Source of the DNA: Sinorhizobium meliloti | GTDB lineage: Bacteria; Pseudomonadota; Alphaproteobacteria; Rhizobiales; Rhizobiaceae | NCBI RefSeq assembly: GCF_017876815.1 | Contig: NZ_JAGIOS010000001.1 | Span: forward strand, 1,200,001-1,232,000 | Reading direction: 5' to 3' | Length of the DNA: 32,000 nt | In this document: positions 26,293-32,000 of the stretch, piece by piece | How positions within the stretch are numbered: position 1 is the first letter of the stretch | Layout of the letters: each line of letters begins with the position of its first letter | Made by a program: the position numbers and the translations under genes | The notes under the pieces: generated by a model | Database searches by the model: none | Told to the model about the DNA's origin: nothing | What the model saw: only the letters and a program-made list of their open reading frames with translations

Positions 26293-26313
26293 CTTGTAAA
26301 ATAAAAATACAAG
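26293..26313. promoter_or_regulatory. AT-rich palindrome, candidate operator upstream of the lactonase gene
   Basis: CTTGTA-aaataaaaa-TACAAG, perfect 6-nt arms, about 120 nt upstream of the lactonase start. It is the most AT-rich 21-mer in an otherwise GC-rich intergenic region. Confidence 0.4.
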
Positions 26314-26448
26314 AAACCGGCCGGGAGATTTGCATGAAGACGCCCCTTGAAACCGCGATTCTGAAGGCCTGCCGCTCCGCGCGGTGCGCCGCGGCAGCGT
26401 GAGCCGGGCTATCGGCGAGCGCTTGAAGTGGATCGGAGCATGACCGGA

Positions 26449-27192
26449 TCAGAGATCGCCATGGGAGCCGGTGATACGGGCGCGCGATTCCGTCAGATGG
26501 TAGCGCATGTAAAGGCGGGCGAGGTCCCGGTTCTGGCCCGAAATGGCAGAGTAGATCTTGCGGTGTTCTTCGAGGACACGGCGGCGGCGATCATCGGAGC
26601 CCTGCCGCGTCAGGCCGAGCGCCATGCGCATCGAGCCGCTGAGAATGTCACGCAGTTCTTCCAGAAGCCGAGGGAAAAGCTCGTTTCCCGCGGCTTCTGC
26701 CACGGCGTGGTGAAAGGCGAAATCCTCTTCCCAACCGGTTTCGCCGCGCGCGAAGGCGCCTTCCAGCGCCGCCAGCGCCTCGCCGATCTGATTGAGCTGA
26801 GCCTTTGTCCGGCGCATCGCGGCAAGCCCCGCGCATTCCGTCTCCAGCGCGAGCCGGGGCTCGAAAGCCCTCAGATAGCTCGCGATCTCGGCCGAAGCGG
26901 CGAGACTGGTGAGCTTGTCGGACGGACGCGATTTCACGAAGGTGCCGATACCCTGGCGCGAAACCACCAGGCCGTCGGCCTGCAGCCGCATCAGCGCCTC
27001 CCGCACGACCGGACGGGAAACCTGAAAGTCGCGGCAGATATGCGCTTCGGACGGCAGCTTCGCCCCCTCGGCCATCTGGCCGCTGGCGATCTGCTCGAGA
27101 ATTTGCCCGTAGAGAACATCGGCAAGCCGCTCCCGCCGCGCCGGTTTCAGTTTCAACGTTACGTCGTTCAAGGGTCTGCCTTCACCTGTCAT
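26449..27192 (-). CDS. GntR-family transcriptional regulator (FadR/FCD subfamily)
   Basis: wHTH LPSEAHICRDFQVSRPVVREALMRLQADGLVVSRQGIGTFV followed by a helical FCD-like C-terminal domain. First ATG at 27190-27192 (MTGEG); the track start at 27210 is a TTG. Confidence 0.88.
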   Translation of the reverse strand: MTGEGRPLNDVTLKLKPARRERLADVLYGQILEQIASGQMAEGAKLPSEAHICRDFQVSRPVVREALMRLQADGLVVSRQGIGTFVKSRPSDKLTSLAASAEIASYLRAFEPRLALETECAGLAAMRRTKAQLNQIGEALAALEGAFARGETGWEEDFAFHHAVAEAAGNELFPRLLEELRDILSGSMRMALGLTRQGSDDRRRRVLEEHRKIYSAISGQNRDLARLYMRYHLTESRARITGSHGDL

Positions 27193-27196
27193 TTTT

Positions 27197-27204
27197 CTGT
27201 ACAG
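27197..27204. promoter_or_regulatory. short palindrome CTGTACAG in the 56-nt divergent region between the gntR-like and dehydratase genes
   Basis: A GT..AC core as in GntR-family operators. It is only 8 nt long, so it could occur by chance. Confidence 0.25.
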
Positions 27205-27248
27205 GCGCAATCTAGCCGACCCGCCCGCAAATGCAAAGGAGCGTGCCG

Positions 27249-28973
<1,725 letters not shown>

Positions 28974-29036
28974 TCCCGACGACGACTGGTCATTAGACCC
29001 GAAATCATCGCGATCCGTGCCAAGCAGGTTGTACGC

Positions 29037-29822
29037 ATGACGACGCGACTATTGATAACCGGGGCCGCGGGCGGCCTCGGCCGCTATGCCCGCGAGGGGC
29101 TGAAGGGCTGCGCCGATGTTTTGCGCCTTTCGGATGTCGCCACGCTTTCTCCCGCCGGAGAGGGCGAGGAGATCGTGCGATGCGACCTCGCCGAGCGCGA
29201 GGCGGTCGACCAACTCGTGCGCGGTTGCGATGCGATCCTGCATCTCGGTGCGATCTCGGTGGAGTCAGACTTCGACGCTCTTCTTCAGGCCAACATCCTC
29301 GGCACCTACAATCTGTACGAGGCGGCGCGAAAAGCCGGCGTGAACCGCATCCTCTTTGCGAGCACCAACCATGTGACCGGCTTCCATCCCATCGGCGAGA
29401 CGCTCGACCACCTGTCGCCGCGGCGGCCGGACAGCCTTTACGGCGTCAGCAAGTGCTTCGGCGAGGACCTTTCCCGGCTCTATTTCGACAAATACGGCAT
29501 GGAAACCGCCTGCCTCAGGATCGGCAGCTGCTTCGCCGAACCCACCAACCGGCGCATGCTCTCCACCTGGCTGAGCCCGCGTGATTTCCTGGCGCTTGTG
29601 CGCCGGCTTCTCGATGCCCCGAAAATCGGCCATCTGGTGCTCTACGGCGTCTCCGCCAACCGCGACGTCTGGTGGTCTAACGGGCATGCGGACTTCCTCG
29701 GCTGGCGCCCGCAGGACAGCAGCGAGCCTTACCGGCACGAGATTGAGAAGCGTGAGGAGGAGCCTTCGGACGGCGTGCGCTATCAGGGCGGGCGTCATGC
29801 GGCGGCGAAGTTGCCGGGTTGA
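29037..29822 (+). CDS. udh: uronate dehydrogenase-like NAD-dependent epimerase/dehydratase (extended SDR)
   Basis: 261 aa, collinear by eye with my recollection of Agrobacterium tumefaciens Udh. Matching stretches: LLITGAAGGLGR, ILRLSD, CDLA, LHLG.ISVE, YNLYEAAR, FAS.NH, YGVSKCFGE.L.R.YFDK.G.ET..LRIGSC, RMLSTW and FLGW.P.D. Confidence 0.8.
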   Translation: MTTRLLITGAAGGLGRYAREGLKGCADVLRLSDVATLSPAGEGEEIVRCDLAEREAVDQLVRGCDAILHLGAISVESDFDALLQANILGTYNLYEAARKAGVNRILFASTNHVTGFHPIGETLDHLSPRRPDSLYGVSKCFGEDLSRLYFDKYGMETACLRIGSCFAEPTNRRMLSTWLSPRDFLALVRRLLDAPKIGHLVLYGVSANRDVWWSNGHADFLGWRPQDSSEPYRHEIEKREEEPSDGVRYQGGRHAAAKLPG

Positions 29823-29969
29823 GGCGACCGGCTCCGCAAGACCACGGTTTTCCGTCCCTGCCGCTACGCTCGGCATTGCCCTGGCGCCGCACCGCCATAG
29901 ATTCTGCAGCGGCAGCTTCGGCGGCTCGTTGCACCGTCGCTATCCGAGCTCTCGCTTCAGGAGGAATAC

Positions 29970-32000
29970 ATGACTTCCCCCAGGACGGCACGTGACGTTT
30001 CCAGCCAAGAGCCATTATCCGCCGGTCCGCTGTCTGCAGATGAACTTCAGCGGATGGACGCCTACTGGCGGGCGTCGAACTATCTCTCCGTCGGCCAGAT
30101 CTACCTCCTCGACAACCCGCTTCTCAGCGAGCCGCTGAAGCGGGAGCACATCAAACCGCGGCTTCTCGGCCATTGGGGTACGTCGCCCGGCCTGAACATG
30201 CTCTATGTGCACCTGAACCGGGTGATCAAGCGCGACGATCTGGAGATGATGTATGTCATCGGCCCCGGGCATGGCGGGCCCTCGCTTGTCGCCCACGCCT
30301 ATCTGGAGGGCACCTATAGCGAGGTCTATCCGGACATCAGCCAGGACGCCGAAGGCCTGCGGAAGCTGTTCAAGCAGTTCAGCTTCCCCGGCGGCATCCC
30401 GAGCCATGTCGCGCCGGAAACGCCGGGCAGCATTCACGAGGGCGGCGAGCTCGGCTATGCGTTGAGCCATGCCTACGGTGCCGCCTTCGACAATCCGGAG
30501 CTGATCGTCGCCTGCGTGGTGGGCGACGGGGAAGCCGAAACGGGCCCGCTCGCGACCGGCTGGCACGGCAACAAGTTCCTGAACCCGGCGCGCGACGGCT
30601 GCGTCCTGCCTATCCTGCACCTCAATGGATACAAGATCGCCAATCCCTGCTTTCTCGCACGTATTCCCAGAGAGGAGCTGCAGAAGTTTTTCGAGGGCAT
30701 GGGCTATGCGCCGCTTTTCGTCGAGGGTCATGATCCCGCAGACGTGCATCAGCAGCTGGCGGCCGCGCTCGATACCGCGCTCGCGGATATCAGGCGCATT
30801 CAGACCGACGCCCGGGTCAACGGCAATCTGAAACGCCCTGCATGGCCTATGATCGTCTTCCGCACACCCAAGGGCTGGACCTGCCCGGCCGAGATCGACG
30901 GCAAGAAATGCGAGGATTACTGGCGATCGCATCAGGTCCCGATGGGAGACATGGACAAGCCGGAGCATATCCGCATCCTCGAAGGCTGGATGAAGAGCTA
31001 TCGGCCGGAGGAGCTCTTCGACGGTGACGGGCGGCTGACGGCGGAACTGGCGGCGCTTGCCCCAACAGGACGGCGCCGGATGAGCGACAATCCGCATGCC
31101 AATGGCGGGCTGTTGCTGCGCGACCTGAAGATGCCCGACTTCCGCGATTATGCGGTTGCGGTTCAGAGCCCCGGAGCGGCCACGGCCGAGTCGGCCCGCG
31201 TGATGGGCAGCTATCTGCGCGACGTGATGAAGCTCAACCTGAAGTCCGGGAACTTCCGCCTGTTCAGTCCGGACGAAAACAACTCGAACCGCTGGCAGGA
31301 CGTGCTCGAGGTCACGGATCGCTGTTTCATGGCGGACATCTATCCGGAAGACGACCACTTGTCGCCCGACGGACGGCTGATGGAGGTCCTGAGCGAGCAT
31401 CAAAGCCAGGGCTGGCTCGAAGGTTATCTCCTGACCGGACGCCACGGCTTCTTTTCCTGCTACGAAGCCTTCATTCACATCATCGATTCGATGTTCAACC
31501 AGCACGCCAAATGGCTGAAGGTCTGCAACGAGATCCCGTGGCGGCGCCCGATCGCTTCCCTGAACTATTTCCTGAGCTCGCATGTCTGGCGCCAGGACCA
31601 TAACGGCTTCAGCCATCAGGACCCCGGCTTCATCGATCACGTGGTCAACAAGAAGGCGGACATCATCCGCGTCTATCTGCCGCCGGACGCCAATACGCTG
31701 CTGTCGGTGACGGACCATTGCCTGAGGAGCCGCAACTACATCAACGTCGTCGTTGCCGGCAAGCAGCCTTCTCCGCAATGGCTGACCATGGACCAGGCGG
31801 TGAAGCATTGCACCGAGGGCCTCGGCATCTGGGAATGGGCAAGCAACGACAAAGGCTGCGAGCCGGATGTGGTCATGGCATGTTGCGGCGATGTTCCGAC
31901 GCTGGAGACGCTCGCCGCGGTGCAATTGCTGCGCGAACACCTGCCGGAATTGAAGGTGCGGGTGATCAACGTCGTCAATCTGATGAAGCTGCAGCCATCG
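29970..32000 (+). CDS. xfp: phosphoketolase (xylulose-5-P/fructose-6-P), 5' 677 codons; 3' end beyond the window
   Basis: ATG 29970 is preceded by CAGGAGGA and the frame is open to the last base of the window. The translation contains [80 protein letters not shown] and [19 protein letters not shown]. It is missing from the ORF track because there is no in-window stop. Confidence 0.93.
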   Translation, partial: MTSPRTARDVSSQEPLSAGPLSADELQRMDAYWRASNYLSVGQIYLLDNPLLSEPLKREHIKPRLLGHWGTSPGLNMLYVHLNRVIKRDDLEMMYVIGPGHGGPSLVAHAYLEGTYSEVYPDISQDAEGLRKLFKQFSFPGGIPSHVAPETPGSIHEGGELGYALSHAYGAAFDNPELIVACVVGDGEAETGPLATGWHGNKFLNPARDGCVLPILHLNGYKIANPCFLARIPREELQKFFEGMGYAPLFVEGHDPADVHQQLAAALDTALADIRRIQTDARVNGNLKRPAWPMIVFRTPKGWTCPAEIDGKKCEDYWRSHQVPMGDMDKPEHIRILEGWMKSYRPEELFDGDGRLTAELAALAPTGRRRMSDNPHANGGLLLRDLKMPDFRDYAVAVQSPGAATAESARVMGSYLRDVMKLNLKSGNFRLFSPDENNSNRWQDVLEVTDRCFMADIYPEDDHLSPDGRLMEVLSEHQSQGWLEGYLLTGRHGFFSCYEAFIHIIDSMFNQHAKWLKVCNEIPWRRPIASLNYFLSSHVWRQDHNGFSHQDPGFIDHVVNKKADIIRVYLPPDANTLLSVTDHCLRSRNYINVVVAGKQPSPQWLTMDQAVKHCTEGLGIWEWASNDKGCEPDVVMACCGDVPTLETLAAVQLLREHLPELKVRVINVVNLMKLQPS

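Noticed and set aside
26369-26397. GC-rich hairpin CTGCCGC-tcc-GCGC-ggt-GCGC-c-GCGGCAG, about 50 nt downstream of the GntR gene stop; possible terminator
   Set aside because: No U-tract follows it on the minus strand, so it is not a canonical intrinsic terminator. I could not distinguish it from the incidental GC-rich palindromes common in this DNA.
26334-26402. 22-codon plus-strand ORF (MKTPLETAILKACRSARCAAAA) with a GGGAGA SD-like sequence 5 nt upstream, between the lactonase and GntR genes
   Set aside because: It is very short with an Ala/Cys/Arg-rich tail, and its 3' half coincides with a GC-rich hairpin. Nothing distinguishes it from chance. Ribosome profiling or conservation analysis would be needed to revive it.
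30015-31940. 641-aa minus-strand ORF, the longest ORF listed in this part of the track
   Set aside because: It is antisense to the phosphoketolase gene. The translation is Arg/Ala/His/Asp/Gly-rich and low in complexity with no recognisable motifs, while the opposite strand carries a complete set of phosphoketolase motifs and a proper SD plus ATG. Long stop-free antisense frames are expected in high-GC DNA.

Overview
High-GC, densely coding window that looks like a Rhizobiaceae-type alphaproteobacterial replicon. The taxon is inferred from gene content and from LVGEMAGRPEG-type intergenic repeats. Contents in order: (1) Nucleoside salvage: upp on the plus strand, then a minus-strand operon of a BMP/CUT2-type nucleoside ABC importer (fused double ATPase and two permeases, no binding-protein gene) followed by cdd, a PunA-type purine nucleoside phosphorylase and deoA. 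(2) A roughly 1.9 kb repeat-rich intergenic mosaic (7129-9022). It holds a complete ISAs1-family insertion sequence (7495-8660) with a 10-bp target duplication, inserted into a palindromic RIME-like repeat. (3) A P1B-type Zn/Cd/Pb ATPase with a MerR-type promoter but no local regulator gene. (4) A roughly 14 kb carbohydrate locus around a TetR gene, which is the most interesting part. Its minus-strand operon encodes a Gfo/Idh/MocA oxidoreductase, a DUF993-like protein, an enolase-superfamily protein, a xylose-isomerase-like TIM barrel and a second Gfo/Idh/MocA oxidoreductase. Its divergent plus-strand operon encodes a CUT1 binding protein, two permeases, two more Gfo/Idh/MocA oxidoreductases, a MalK/UgpC-type ATPase and a GST. 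The locus encodes no glycoside hydrolase, kinase or aldolase, and I cannot assign a substrate. (5) An SMP-30 lactonase, a GntR regulator, an IlvD/Edd sugar-acid dehydratase and a uronate-dehydrogenase-like SDR. (6) The first 677 codons of a phosphoketolase that runs off the 3' edge. It is absent from the supplied ORF track, which shows only its antisense shadow ORF. I saw no rRNA, tRNA or CRISPR array. Most long ORFs in the track are antisense or alternative-frame shadows typical of high-GC DNA. All family assignments come from motif recognition by eye; no searches were run.
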